Under the pieces are notes generated by a model. That model did not search any database. It saw only the letters and a list, made by a program, of their open reading frames with translations, and was not told the origin of the DNA. This document shows, piece by piece, positions 20,468-30,003 of a stretch of DNA of 64,000 bases. The position numbers and the translations under genes were made by a program. The stretch comes from Terriglobia bacterium. Its GTDB lineage: Bacteria > Acidobacteriota > Terriglobia > 2-12-FULL-54-10. The DNA is taken from assembly GCA_963666975.2 (NCBI GenBank), contig CAXVYR010000003.1:480001-544000 (forward strand), in the 5' to 3' direction. How positions within the stretch are numbered: position 1 is the stretch's first letter; each line of letters opens with the position of its first letter.

Positions 20468-21922
20468 TTAGTGGGCCGATCTCGCAAACTTCACGAGGCG
20501 GTCCTCCTCGCCTATTTTGATTGGATGCTGGGGAGCAGTGGCAAGCGGCATTGTGGCCACGGTCGGGGCTTCGCCCTTCCAATCCCAATAGTCCTTCCCC
20601 CAGCGGTAATTGAGAGCGCCGTTCACGGCTAAATTTGTGATCCAGAGAATGAGGTCACCCCGGGTTTTCGGCATGCCCAGCCGTTTGAAGATGGAGCGGA
20701 AGGAGTAAAAGCGCCGCCATGCATGGTTCTTTTCAAAGTGCAGCCGCTTGGCGCTGAGCAGGGGATGGTTGAAAACGATCGTGCCAAGATCGTATTTGGA
20801 CCAATCCCTCAGATGTATCCGTTGCTCGTCCTCAAACTGCCGGTGCAGGGCCGTGCCGGGCAGCGGTGTCAGCAGCGAGAACTGCGCGTACTCCATCTTG
20901 GACTTTTCGATAAAATCGAGCGTTTCCCGAAAAACATCCAGGCCGTCATTGTCAAAGCCGAAGATAAACGATCCCCAAATCTTAATTCCGGCCTCGTGGA
21001 TGCGGCGGATGTCGCGCAGGTATTCGTCGGGGCGGTTGACACCTTTGCCGGCGTCTCGGATGCTCTTGTTGGAAAAAGTTTCAAAGCCGATGAACACCCC
21101 GTGACAGCCGCTCTGTTTGGCTAACTGCATCAGTTCCTTGTCGCGCGCGAAATTGATGGTGACTTGGGATGCCCAATTCAGCTTGAGCGGCAGAAATGCC
21201 TTGAACAACTCCTTAGCTCTCTTGGGAATCCCGATAATATTGTCATCGACAAAGTAAATGAAGCGGGTGCCCATGGAGCGGACTTCCTCCATCACGTTTT
21301 CTACGGGCCGAAATCGGTATTGAATACCTGACATGGTGGTGACCGAACAGAAGTTGCAATTGAACGGGCATCCCCGGGTGGTCTGCGCGGAGTTCACGAC
21401 CACGTAGCCATTCGGGTTAAACAAATCCCTGCGAGGCGGGACGATTTTAGCCAGATCGACGGGTTCCGGGTCGTGATAGCGCGACTTCATCGTTCCATTG
21501 GCAAAGTCCTGCACGATGTCGGGCCACAGGCGGTCGGCTTCGCCTAGCACTACTGCGTCGGCGTGTTCGGCGGCTTCATCCGGCAACATCGAAGGATGAA
21601 TACCACCAAGCACTACGGGTATGCCCTGGGCGCGGTATTTGTCGGCAAGCTCATAGGCGGCAGGAGCCTGGGCCGTCATCGCAGTAATGGCCACCAGGTC
21701 GGCATGCCTGCTCCCATCCAGCGGTTCCAGGCAGCCATCGTCAATGACCACATCGTGCTCGGGCGGCGTAAGCGCAGCCAGGGTCGCCAGGTTCAGCGGC
21801 GGGAAAAGCGCTCCATTCGCACTGAAATTCATGCTCTCCGATATCTTCGAGGCGTACCGGAAAAACTTAGGAGCCGCATACATGTTCGAGCCGTTGTGGG
21901 GATTCACAAACCGAATCTTCAT
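20468..21922 (-). CDS. B12-binding radical SAM protein
   Basis: PPLNLATLAALTP and LGGIHPS (B12-binding domain); RGCPFNCNFC CxxxCxxC; FVDDN and TPLPGT motifs. Confidence 0.92.
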   Translation of the reverse strand: MKIRFVNPHNGSNMYAAPKFFRYASKISESMNFSANGALFPPLNLATLAALTPPEHDVVIDDGCLEPLDGSRHADLVAITAMTAQAPAAYELADKYRAQGIPVVLGGIHPSMLPDEAAEHADAVVLGEADRLWPDIVQDFANGTMKSRYHDPEPVDLAKIVPPRRDLFNPNGYVVVNSAQTTRGCPFNCNFCSVTTMSGIQYRFRPVENVMEEVRSMGTRFIYFVDDNIIGIPKRAKELFKAFLPLKLNWASQVTINFARDKELMQLAKQSGCHGVFIGFETFSNKSIRDAGKGVNRPDEYLRDIRRIHEAGIKIWGSFIFGFDNDGLDVFRETLDFIEKSKMEYAQFSLLTPLPGTALHRQFEDEQRIHLRDWSKYDLGTIVFNHPLLSAKRLHFEKNHAWRRFYSFRSIFKRLGMPKTRGDLILWITNLAVNGALNYRWGKDYWDWKGEAPTVATMPLATAPQHPIKIGEEDRLVKFARSAH

Positions 21923-22109
21923 AAGCCCGCCAAGCCTCCAGACACAAAAGTTACTAATTAAAAGTCCCGCCAATCTAGCACAGAAGCTTGCTCCCGTATA
22001 TCGAAATAAATTCAAATAGTTCATTGCTTGGTTCAGTGGGGAGAATGAGGTCGGAGCGGCGCGATCTGGGGTCTTGGATTGTTCCGCTTTGTCGGTCGGA
22101 AGGGGCAAA

Positions 22110-22241
22110 GAGTCTGTGTGAAAACTCGGTTATTACGTCAGGGCATGGCTTCAGTCATGCCGTAACGCATTTTGGAATTAACGCCTTTTCCTTGCGGCTT
22201 CAGCCGCTGAGGTCCTCAAAGCCTGTTTTTCACACAAACTC
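22110..22241. mobile_element. 132-bp MITE with REP-like internal palindromes
   Basis: TIRs gagtctgtgtgaaaa / ttttcacacaaactc (14/15 match), flanked by a CAAA direct repeat at 22106-22109 and 22242-22245. Confidence 0.8.
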
Positions 22242-22517
22242 CAAAGCCCAGGCAGAAAGAGCCTATGGACCGTCGTTTTGGTGGGCAATACGCGCAATTT
22301 TGGGTCTGATTCGCCTGCGGTACACAGTTAAGCCCTTTGTTTTCGCCAAGCGGTGGCTTTGTTTTGCAAAAAATGTTTTTCCTTTCCCTATCCTGCTACG
22401 ACTTTCGTACCCGGATCCCTCCGCTAAAGACAGAACCTCTTGCCAAGTGTGGAGCGTAACTGCCCGTTAGTCCATCGAGAAAATACCGAAGATTCCGCAG
22501 TTGTGGATAGGAAGCGA

Positions 22518-22911
22518 TTATGGTCGAGGCCGCTTTTCCAGTTTGGCGACTCGCGCTTCGAGAACCGCCAATTCGTCGCGCCCTACTTTTTCTTTCAGGT
22601 CGCGCCGGATGATGGAAAGTTCCCCTTTCATTATCTCGATATCCACTTTCATCATTTCAATATCTTCGGTGTTCCTCGCCACCATATCCCGAATTGCCGT
22701 CAATTATTCCTATAGGCCCAGTTGTGCTTCGGCAACCAGTTTAATGTGGGATCGTAAGTCATCAGCAAGAACCTCCATATAGCGGCGGTCTTCCCGCGAC
22801 ACTTCCTCCACAGTATTGCTTGAAATCGTGCCTCAACTCATCCAGGTGTCGCTGGTATTTTTCCCGCTGGCGGGTGAGGATTTGTTCCAGGGTCTGCTCG
22901 TTGAGTTCCAT
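22518..22911 (-). pseudogene. Degraded coiled-coil hypothetical protein
   Basis: MELNEQTLEQILTRQRE..., frameshift near 22820, then ...RRYMEVLADDLRSHIKLVAEAQLGL*E*LTAIRDMV...; stops at 22710-22712 and 22704-22706. Confidence 0.7.
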
Positions 22912-23012
22912 GGGGGGAGATTATACCATCAGGGTTTGTCTGCTTGCTTGCGGTTCAGTTCCTGGAGCAGCCGGTAAAAATTCTTCTTGGGTTTCGTCCA
23001 GAATACGGGAAA

Positions 23013-24153
23013 TCAACGAGGTACGATTCGAACCGAATCGGTCCCAATAATCGGTGTGCCGGTAAACGTCTCGCCCTTCAGCACCCCCTCCGTGTCGCCC
23101 GACTGGAAACCTGTCTCCTGGGTATCGAAATGGCAGATCAGATCAAGGAAGCCATCGCCGTTCACATCTCCCGGACTGCCATTGCAAAAGGCCAGGCTCG
23201 TTTCGTCGCCCGTCCGACCGAAAGTTAGCGAGGTTGTATCCACGCTCGCCGGAGCGTCAAATGTGGGACCGGAGAGAATAGACACTGGAATTTCCCCTCG
23301 GCTTCTCAGGTTGATGCTGTTAGGATCGCTACCCGGCTTGATGTCGATGGCGACGGTCAAGAGTAGCGGTGGATTACAGGTGAGGTTTCTCGGATCGACG
23401 ATAAAGATTGTGCCGGGTATGTCCGGTGGGGTGAACGGATCGGGGTCAGAAACCTCCGCTATATATAACTTTGAGCCAACCATCGTCACAGCGCCAAGCC
23501 CCTGGATTCCGGGGTTCCGTGGTCCATCACATTCTCGAATAAGAACACCTTGCGTGGTGATCTCGGAAATTGTCATGTCGAACTGACTGCTCACCCAAAG
23601 GTGGTCGGTCGCGGGGTCAAAGGCCATGCCCGCAGGCCGCAGTCCCGTCAGGAACGTCCGAATAGGTGTCCCGGAGCGGTCCGTGACGAGGATCTCGCTC
23701 CCGTCGAAATTCCCAATGTAAAGATTCGTTCCGTCAAAGGCGATAGTTCCCCCCACGGAAGGGTAACGAAAAAGAGTTGAAGATCGTCGTCCCCGTGGAG
23801 TCGATCTCGTACACGATTCCGGCCCCAAAATTGCCAATGTCGCTGACAAACAAGCGACCAGCGCCATCGAAAACGATGTCGCTCGGGTTGCCTCTGCCAT
23901 CGAGGCCCGTCGGACTGGGCGCCAGGAATGAACCCATTATCCCACCTGTTGCCGGATCCAACTTGAAGATTGTCCGAAATCCACTCCCTTCCGAGACATA
24001 CAGGAAGGTCCCGTCATACGCCAAACCGCTTGGCTGAAAGCCAGGGGCAGGAATTGTGGTCTGCGCAGCCGCCCGTCCGGCAAGAGTGAAGAGAAGGAGC
24101 AAAACTCCTCCGCCTCCAAGTAGCGCGTTCGTCATTTTGCTTGTGCGTTTCAT
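23013..24153 (-). pseudogene. Secreted beta-propeller protein with a C-terminal IDIKPG-type domain, frameshifted in a G6 run
   Basis: Signal peptide, repeats GLAYDGTFLYV / IAFDGTNLYI / GMAFDPAT; C-terminal IDIKPGSDPNSIN...DVNGDGFLDL; frames switch at the homopolymer at 23749-23754. Confidence 0.8.
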
Positions 24154-24227
24154 TAGTTCTCCTTACTACGCCGCAGATTGCAATAATGCGGACGAAAGAG
24201 AAATCCCTCAGGATGGAAACCGAAAAG

Positions 24228-24391
24228 GAAAAACGCGGGTGCCACGGCGTCTTATTTCCTTTCATGCTTGATGGAACGGAGGAAGGATTAAGCCTACAGC
24301 GGAAGCCTAACACTGGTTGGAGGGGGGACAAGAACATTGTGAAAAACGCGGGTGCCACGGCGTCTTATTTCCTTTCATGCTTGATGGAACG
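24228..24391. repeat. Perfect 51-bp direct repeat, two copies separated by 62 bp
   Basis: gaaaaacgcgggtgccacggcgtcttatttcctttcatgcttgatggaacg at 24228-24278 and 24341-24391. Confidence 0.95.
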
Positions 24392-24469
24392 ATGGAATAT
24401 GGCACGGCCACGCAATTAGCGGGGTCTCCCAAAGACAGGCAGGAATGCCTGTCCCACTTTGCCACACAA

Positions 24470-24499
24470 TTGACGGCTCCGGGCTTCGGAAGGTATAGT
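24470..24499 (+). promoter_or_regulatory. Putative sigma70 promoter of valS
   Basis: TTGACG, 18 bp, TATAGT, ending 11 bp before the ATG. Confidence 0.5.
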
Positions 24500-24510
24500 C
24501 AAATCGCGAT

Positions 24511-27195
24511 ATGGCAGAGATACCCAAAGTTTACAACCCCTCCGAGATTGAACCAAAATGGGCGCAGGAATGGGTCGAGAAGCGCCTGTTTCAGGCTGCC
24601 ACAGACTCCGACCGGCCCATGTTTTCCCTGGTGATTCCACCGCCGAACGTCACCGGTTCGCTCCACATGGGGCACATGCTGGAGCACACCGAGATTGACA
24701 TCCTCATCCGTTGGAAGCGAATGCAGGGAATGAATACTCTGTGGCTGCCCGGCACCGACCACGCCGGCATCGCCACGCAGATGGTGGTGGAGAAGCAACT
24801 AGCCGAACAGGGTCTGGATCGCCGCAAGCTGGGCAGGGAGGCCTTTGAGAAAAAAGTATGGGAGTGGAAGGAGCAGAGCGGCGACACCATCAAAAAACAG
24901 ATGGTCCGCCTGGGAACCTCCTGCGACTGGTCGCGGGAGCGCTTTACGCTCGATCCGGGGCTTTCTCGCGCCGTGCGGGAAGTCTTTGTGCGCCTCTACG
25001 AAAAGGGTCTGATCTATCGCGGCAACTACATCGTCAATTGGTGCCCCCGCTGCCAGACAGCCATTTCAGACTTGGAGGTAGTGCACGAAGAACACCTCGG
25101 CAACCTGTTCCACATCCGCTATCCGGTGGCAGGCGCCGAGGACGCAGTTAGCAAGGAATGGGTGGTAGTGGCAACCACGCGCCCGGAGACGATGCTGGGT
25201 GACACGGCGGTAGCGGTGAACCCCAGCGATGAGCGCTACCGAAAATTCCATGGCCGCATGGCCCGGCTGCCGCTGATGAACCGTGAGATTCCCTTCATCA
25301 CCGACGAGCTGGCCGACCCTGCTTTCGGCACCGGCGTTGTGAAGGTGACTCCGGCGCATGACGCCAACGACTTCCAGGCCGGGCTGCGCAACGATCTGCC
25401 GCAGATTAACGTGATGGACGAGAGCGGCAAGATGAACGCCAATGCCGGCGCGTATGCCGGCCTCGACCGCTTTGAAGCGCGGAGCCGTGTACTGGCTGAC
25501 CTGAAAGAACAAGGCCTGCTCGAAAAGATCGAACCACATACCCATGCCCGGGGCCACTGCCAGCGGTGCAAAACGGTTGTTGAGCCGCGACTCTCGACGC
25601 AGTGGTTTGTGAAGGTGAAGCCTCTGGCCGAGAGTGCCATTCGCGCCGTCGAGGACGGCCGCACCCGTTTCCTTCCCGACAACTGGGCCAAGATTTATTT
25701 CGATTGGATGCGCAACATCCACGACTGGTGCATCTCGCGGCAGCTTTGGTGGGGACACCGCATTCCCGCCTGGCATTGCCAGGCTTGCAGCCATATCATC
25801 GTGGCGCGGGAAGAGCCGGGCAGTTGTTCCCACTGCCATGCCGGCAAGCTGGAGCAGGACCCAGACGTGCTCGACACATGGTTCAGTTCCGCGCTGTGGC
25901 CTTTTTCTACGCTCGGCTGGCCGGAACGCACCAAGGACCTGGAGACTTTCTACCCCACCTCCTTGATGATTACGGGCTTTGACATTTTGTTCTTCTGGGT
26001 TGCCCGCATGATGATGATGGGCGTGGAGTTCATGGGTGAGGCGCCCTTCCGCACGGTGTACATCCACTCCCTGGTGCGAGACGCGGAAAAACAAAAGATG
26101 AGCAAGACGCGCGGCAATGTGGTTAATCCGCTGGAGGTCACAGAAAAATACGGCACCGACGCGGTGCGCTTTACGCTGGCCATCATGGCGGCGCCGGGCA
26201 CCGATATTGCGCTATCGGAAGATCGCATGGCCAGCTACCGTGCCTTTGCCAACAAGATTTGGAATGCGGCACGGTTTCTATCTCTCAGCTTGGAAAAATC
26301 CGGCGCGGAGCCGTGGACGCCCCCGGCGGACGGCGTATGCCTTCCGCTCAGCGATTCCAACGGCCAGATGGCGCTCGAAGACCGCTGGATTTTTTCTCGC
26401 TTGACGCGTATCGCCGGTGAAATCGGGACGGCATGGGAAGCGTTTCGCTTCCACGAAGCCGCGCATCTCATTTACCACTTCTTTTGGCATGAATTTTGCG
26501 ACTGGTACCTGGAGCTCAAGAAACTGACCTTCGCGCCGCTTCAGGGGCCGCTTCCGCCTGCCTGGGAGAATCTGTGCCGCGCATTTGACCTGTCGTTAAG
26601 GCTGCTCCATCCCATGATGCCGTTTCTCACCGAGGAGTTGTGGCAGCGCCTGGGGCCGCGACAGCAGTCCATAGCGCTCGCTCCTTTCCCGAATTACAAC
26701 CCAACGATGGTGGATGAGTCTGCGGAAAAGGAGATGAATCTCCTGCAGGAGATTATTGGGAACATCCGCAACATGCGCGCGGAGATGCGCGTGGATGCGA
26801 AACGGAAAATCCCTGTAGAGCTTTTTGCCGCCAACGGAAATGTCAGCCGGTTGAGCGGGCAATACAGCCAGGCGATTGAGCGACTGGCAAACCTGTCCGC
26901 GCTGCAACTTGTGGCTGAACCGCTGACGGCGGAGGGCGGGGCAGTGCGGTCGCTGCCGGAGTTTGCGGTGAAGATCGCTTTGAACGACGCGGTGGACGTT
27001 GAGGCGGAACGCAACCGTCTAAAGAAGGAAGAAGAAAAATTGCAGCGCGACAGAAACGCTGTGAGCGCCAGGTTGCAGAACCAGGAGTTCCTTTCCAAGG
27101 CCCCGAAGGATGTTGTCGAATCGCTTCGCCAGCGGAAGGAAGAGTTGGACGTCAAATACTCGAAGGTTACCGAAACGCTCCGGAACCTGAATTGA
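24511..27195 (+). CDS. valS: Valine--tRNA ligase
   Basis: PPPNVTGSLHMGH, GTDHAGIATQ, DWCISRQLWWGH and KMSK motifs; C-terminal coiled coil. Confidence 0.98.
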   Translation: MAEIPKVYNPSEIEPKWAQEWVEKRLFQAATDSDRPMFSLVIPPPNVTGSLHMGHMLEHTEIDILIRWKRMQGMNTLWLPGTDHAGIATQMVVEKQLAEQGLDRRKLGREAFEKKVWEWKEQSGDTIKKQMVRLGTSCDWSRERFTLDPGLSRAVREVFVRLYEKGLIYRGNYIVNWCPRCQTAISDLEVVHEEHLGNLFHIRYPVAGAEDAVSKEWVVVATTRPETMLGDTAVAVNPSDERYRKFHGRMARLPLMNREIPFITDELADPAFGTGVVKVTPAHDANDFQAGLRNDLPQINVMDESGKMNANAGAYAGLDRFEARSRVLADLKEQGLLEKIEPHTHARGHCQRCKTVVEPRLSTQWFVKVKPLAESAIRAVEDGRTRFLPDNWAKIYFDWMRNIHDWCISRQLWWGHRIPAWHCQACSHIIVAREEPGSCSHCHAGKLEQDPDVLDTWFSSALWPFSTLGWPERTKDLETFYPTSLMITGFDILFFWVARMMMMGVEFMGEAPFRTVYIHSLVRDAEKQKMSKTRGNVVNPLEVTEKYGTDAVRFTLAIMAAPGTDIALSEDRMASYRAFANKIWNAARFLSLSLEKSGAEPWTPPADGVCLPLSDSNGQMALEDRWIFSRLTRIAGEIGTAWEAFRFHEAAHLIYHFFWHEFCDWYLELKKLTFAPLQGPLPPAWENLCRAFDLSLRLLHPMMPFLTEELWQRLGPRQQSIALAPFPNYNPTMVDESAEKEMNLLQEIIGNIRNMRAEMRVDAKRKIPVELFAANGNVSRLSGQYSQAIERLANLSALQLVAEPLTAEGGAVRSLPEFAVKIALNDAVDVEAERNRLKKEEEKLQRDRNAVSARLQNQEFLSKAPKDVVESLRQRKEELDVKYSKVTETLRNLN

Positions 27196-27241
27196 AAACC
27201 TGAATTGGAAACCCTCGAATTGAAAATTAAGGTTGATTCCC

Positions 27242-28231
27242 ATGTCCGAGCCGACATTAGATCGGCGACTGGACCGGCTCATTGACCTGCTTGCCGAAAA
27301 GGCCACAGTCGTGGTGAGCGGGACACGGCTAGCCGCCGAATTGCGAGTTCCACATTCCACCTTATGGGGTTGGATTGACCGATTACGCAGCATGGGAGTG
27401 GAGGTGAGAGGATTGCCGGGGAGCGGCTTTCAACTTGTAAAGATGCCGGATGTTCTCACCCCGCAAGCCATACGGCGTAGACTGCACCGCGGGCAATTTG
27501 GATGCCGCATCTATCATCATTATAAGATCGATTCCACCATGAACGAGGCTGCGCGGCTGGCGGCTGCGGGCGCTCCGCACGGCGCCTTGGCCGTCGCCGA
27601 GGAGCAAACCGCCGGGCGGGGAAGGCTTGGCCGGAGTTGGTTTTCCGAGCGCACAGCAGGAATCTACTTTACGCTGATTCTCCGTCCGTCCCTTTCTCCG
27701 GCAGCAGCGCCTGTTTTGACGCTTTGGGCCGGGGTGGCGCTGGCCGAGGTGCTGGCAGAGACATCCGGCCTCTCGATGGACCTGCGCTGGCCGAACGATG
27801 TTTTGGTGAAGGGAAAAAAGTGCGCGGGTATTCTGGTGGAGATGACCGCCGAGCCGGAAAAGATCAGCCATGTCCTGGTGGGTCTGGGGATCAATGCGAA
27901 CCACCCGGAAATTCCCAGCGAACTGGCCGCCGAGGCAACTTCGCTGCGTCTCGAAGCGGGACGCGGCTTCTCGCGGCTGGAACTGTTAATTTCGGTGTTG
28001 GAGCGGCTGGAGTATTACTATAATCGTTTTCGGGAACAGGGAGCTGGAATCATTGTCCGGCGGTTCTGCGAAATCTCAAGCTACGCCCAGGGGAAGCGCG
28101 TAAAGGTCACCGACGGATCGGGCATCGTATCCGGTGTGACGGCGGGGCTCACGCCGGAGGGCGTCTTACTCCTCCGGCGCGACGACGGACGAATCGAAAA
28201 GATATTGAGCGGGCAGGTCCGTCCGGAGTGA
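27242..28231 (+). CDS. birA: Bifunctional biotin--protein ligase with N-terminal HTH
   Basis: N-terminal wHTH; STM, QTAGRGRLGRSW, WPND and KCAGIL motifs. Confidence 0.93.
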   Translation: MSEPTLDRRLDRLIDLLAEKATVVVSGTRLAAELRVPHSTLWGWIDRLRSMGVEVRGLPGSGFQLVKMPDVLTPQAIRRRLHRGQFGCRIYHHYKIDSTMNEAARLAAAGAPHGALAVAEEQTAGRGRLGRSWFSERTAGIYFTLILRPSLSPAAAPVLTLWAGVALAEVLAETSGLSMDLRWPNDVLVKGKKCAGILVEMTAEPEKISHVLVGLGINANHPEIPSELAAEATSLRLEAGRGFSRLELLISVLERLEYYYNRFREQGAGIIVRRFCEISSYAQGKRVKVTDGSGIVSGVTAGLTPEGVLLLRRDDGRIEKILSGQVRPE

Positions 28232-28299
28232 AGGATCTGTCGCCTGGGTATCGGTAAGCAGATCGTGCCAGAGGAAAATTCCGCAGGAGGGTTTCCTGG

Positions 28300-29070
28300 G
28301 TGAGCATGCTTTTGGCTATTGACGTCGGCAACAGCAACACCGTGCTGGGGGTCTTTGAAGACAAAAAGTTGCTGGCGCACTGGCGGCTGACCACTTTGAA
28401 CGAGCAGACAGTGGACGAGTGGGGCATCCTGACACGCAATCTTTTTGCGCTGGGGAAAGTCGATTCCTCCAAGATCGCCGCCATCATCATCGCCAGTGTC
28501 GTGCCGCCGCTGGAGTCTACCTTGGAGGAGGTGGCGGAGAGATATTTCCATCTGCCCGCCCTGTTTGTCCGTCCCAACAACTCGATGGGCATGAAGGTCC
28601 ATTACAATCCTCTTCAGGACGTCGGCGCCGACCGCATCGCCAACGGCATGGCCGCGTTTGAAAAATACGGCGGACCCTGCGTTGTGGTGGACTTCGGCAC
28701 GGCAATTACCTTCGATGCAATTTCGGACAAAGGGGAATATCTGGGTGGTGTGATTGCACCCGGTTTGGGGATTTCATCCGATGCGCTCTTCGCGCGAGCG
28801 GCGCGATTGCCTCGCGTGGACATTCGCCAGCCGAAGTCCCTCATAGGCACCACGACGGTTGGCAGCATGCAATCGGGGCTTTACTACGGCTATCTGGGAC
28901 TGATCGACGGCATCCTGGAGCGGATGGTGGCGGAGTTAGGAAACACATGCCGAGTGGTGGCCACAGGCGGACAGGCAGAGCTTCTGGCGCAGGCATCGAA
29001 GTATATTCAGCAAACCGACGAGTTCCTTACCCTGGATGGGCTTCGAATTCTTTGGGAGCAGAGCCGGTAA
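28300..29070 (+). CDS. coaX: Type III pantothenate kinase
   Basis: LAIDVGNSN, GADR, VVDFGTA, GGVIAPG and TGG motifs. Confidence 0.95.
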   Translation: MSMLLAIDVGNSNTVLGVFEDKKLLAHWRLTTLNEQTVDEWGILTRNLFALGKVDSSKIAAIIIASVVPPLESTLEEVAERYFHLPALFVRPNNSMGMKVHYNPLQDVGADRIANGMAAFEKYGGPCVVVDFGTAITFDAISDKGEYLGGVIAPGLGISSDALFARAARLPRVDIRQPKSLIGTTTVGSMQSGLYYGYLGLIDGILERMVAELGNTCRVVATGGQAELLAQASKYIQQTDEFLTLDGLRILWEQSR

Positions 29071-29246
29071 GGGCAGTCGGTGACGATTCTAAAGCGACCG
29101 TTGCTGATTTTTGAAGAGGGGAGCCAGCTGGACTATCGTGAACTCTTCCTGAAACAAAAAGAAGCTGCCCGCAAGCGAACTGGACCGGGTCGGGAAACTT
29201 CCGCCGGAGGCAGTGACAGGGCCCGGCGTTTGGTTGATCCTTCACA

Positions 29247-29942
29247 ATGGAGAACTACTTCAACTACTTTACCGAGATTGAGGAATACTTCTGGAAGAAG
29301 CGTGGCACGGCGCTGCTGATCTCGACGCTCGATTGGGCTTTGATCGACTCCTGGAAAGAGGCGCAGATTCCGCTGGAAGCAGTTCTGCAAGGAATTGATC
29401 GCGCCTTTGAGAAACAGGAGTCCCGGCGGAACAAGGCGCGCAAGGTGAACTCTCTGGCTTACTGCCATCAGGAAATCTTGGCGGCCACGGCTGAGAAGCA
29501 GCGCTCCACTCTTCATCACGGTTCGGAAGGGGAGCCATTTCCGCGCGAGGAACTGGCAACGTTCTTGGATCGCAATGCCGCCGCTTTGGAAAATGCCTCC
29601 CGGCAATTCGAGGAACAAGGAAGGCCGGAATCGGCGGCAACCTTTCGCTCGCTGGCGGGTTCCCTGGCTGAACTGGCAACGGCTGCCAGATCGAATGCGC
29701 CGATGAATCTGGAAGAGACCGAGCAAAGGCTCAGCGTTCTGGAGGAAAAGATGTTCTCGACCCTTCAGCAGGCTGCCGAAGAAAATGATTTGGTGGCGAT
29801 TCGCAGCGAGATGGACCGGGAATTGGCTTCCGTTCGGAGAAGGATGAGCGCGGAACAGATCGCGCTCATCCAAAAGCAGTTTCTGCAGCGAAAGCTGCTC
29901 GAAGCGGCAGCGTTGCCCCGGCTGAGTCTCTTCTATTTATAG
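29247..29942 (+). CDS. Hypothetical protein (alpha-helical)
   Basis: Clean 231-aa ORF (NYFNYFTEIEEYF...LPRLSLFYL) co-oriented within the operon. Confidence 0.8.
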   Translation: MENYFNYFTEIEEYFWKKRGTALLISTLDWALIDSWKEAQIPLEAVLQGIDRAFEKQESRRNKARKVNSLAYCHQEILAATAEKQRSTLHHGSEGEPFPREELATFLDRNAAALENASRQFEEQGRPESAATFRSLAGSLAELATAARSNAPMNLEETEQRLSVLEEKMFSTLQQAAEENDLVAIRSEMDRELASVRRRMSAEQIALIQKQFLQRKLLEAAALPRLSLFYL

Positions 29943-30003
29943 AGTAAGTATTTATAGAGCAAGAAAATACTGTCAGGCGAATGATAATGATGAAAGATGA
30001 ATA

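Noticed and set aside
24228-24391. CRISPR array
   Set aside because: Only two repeats, 51 bp long with a 62-bp spacer, and no cas genes in the window.
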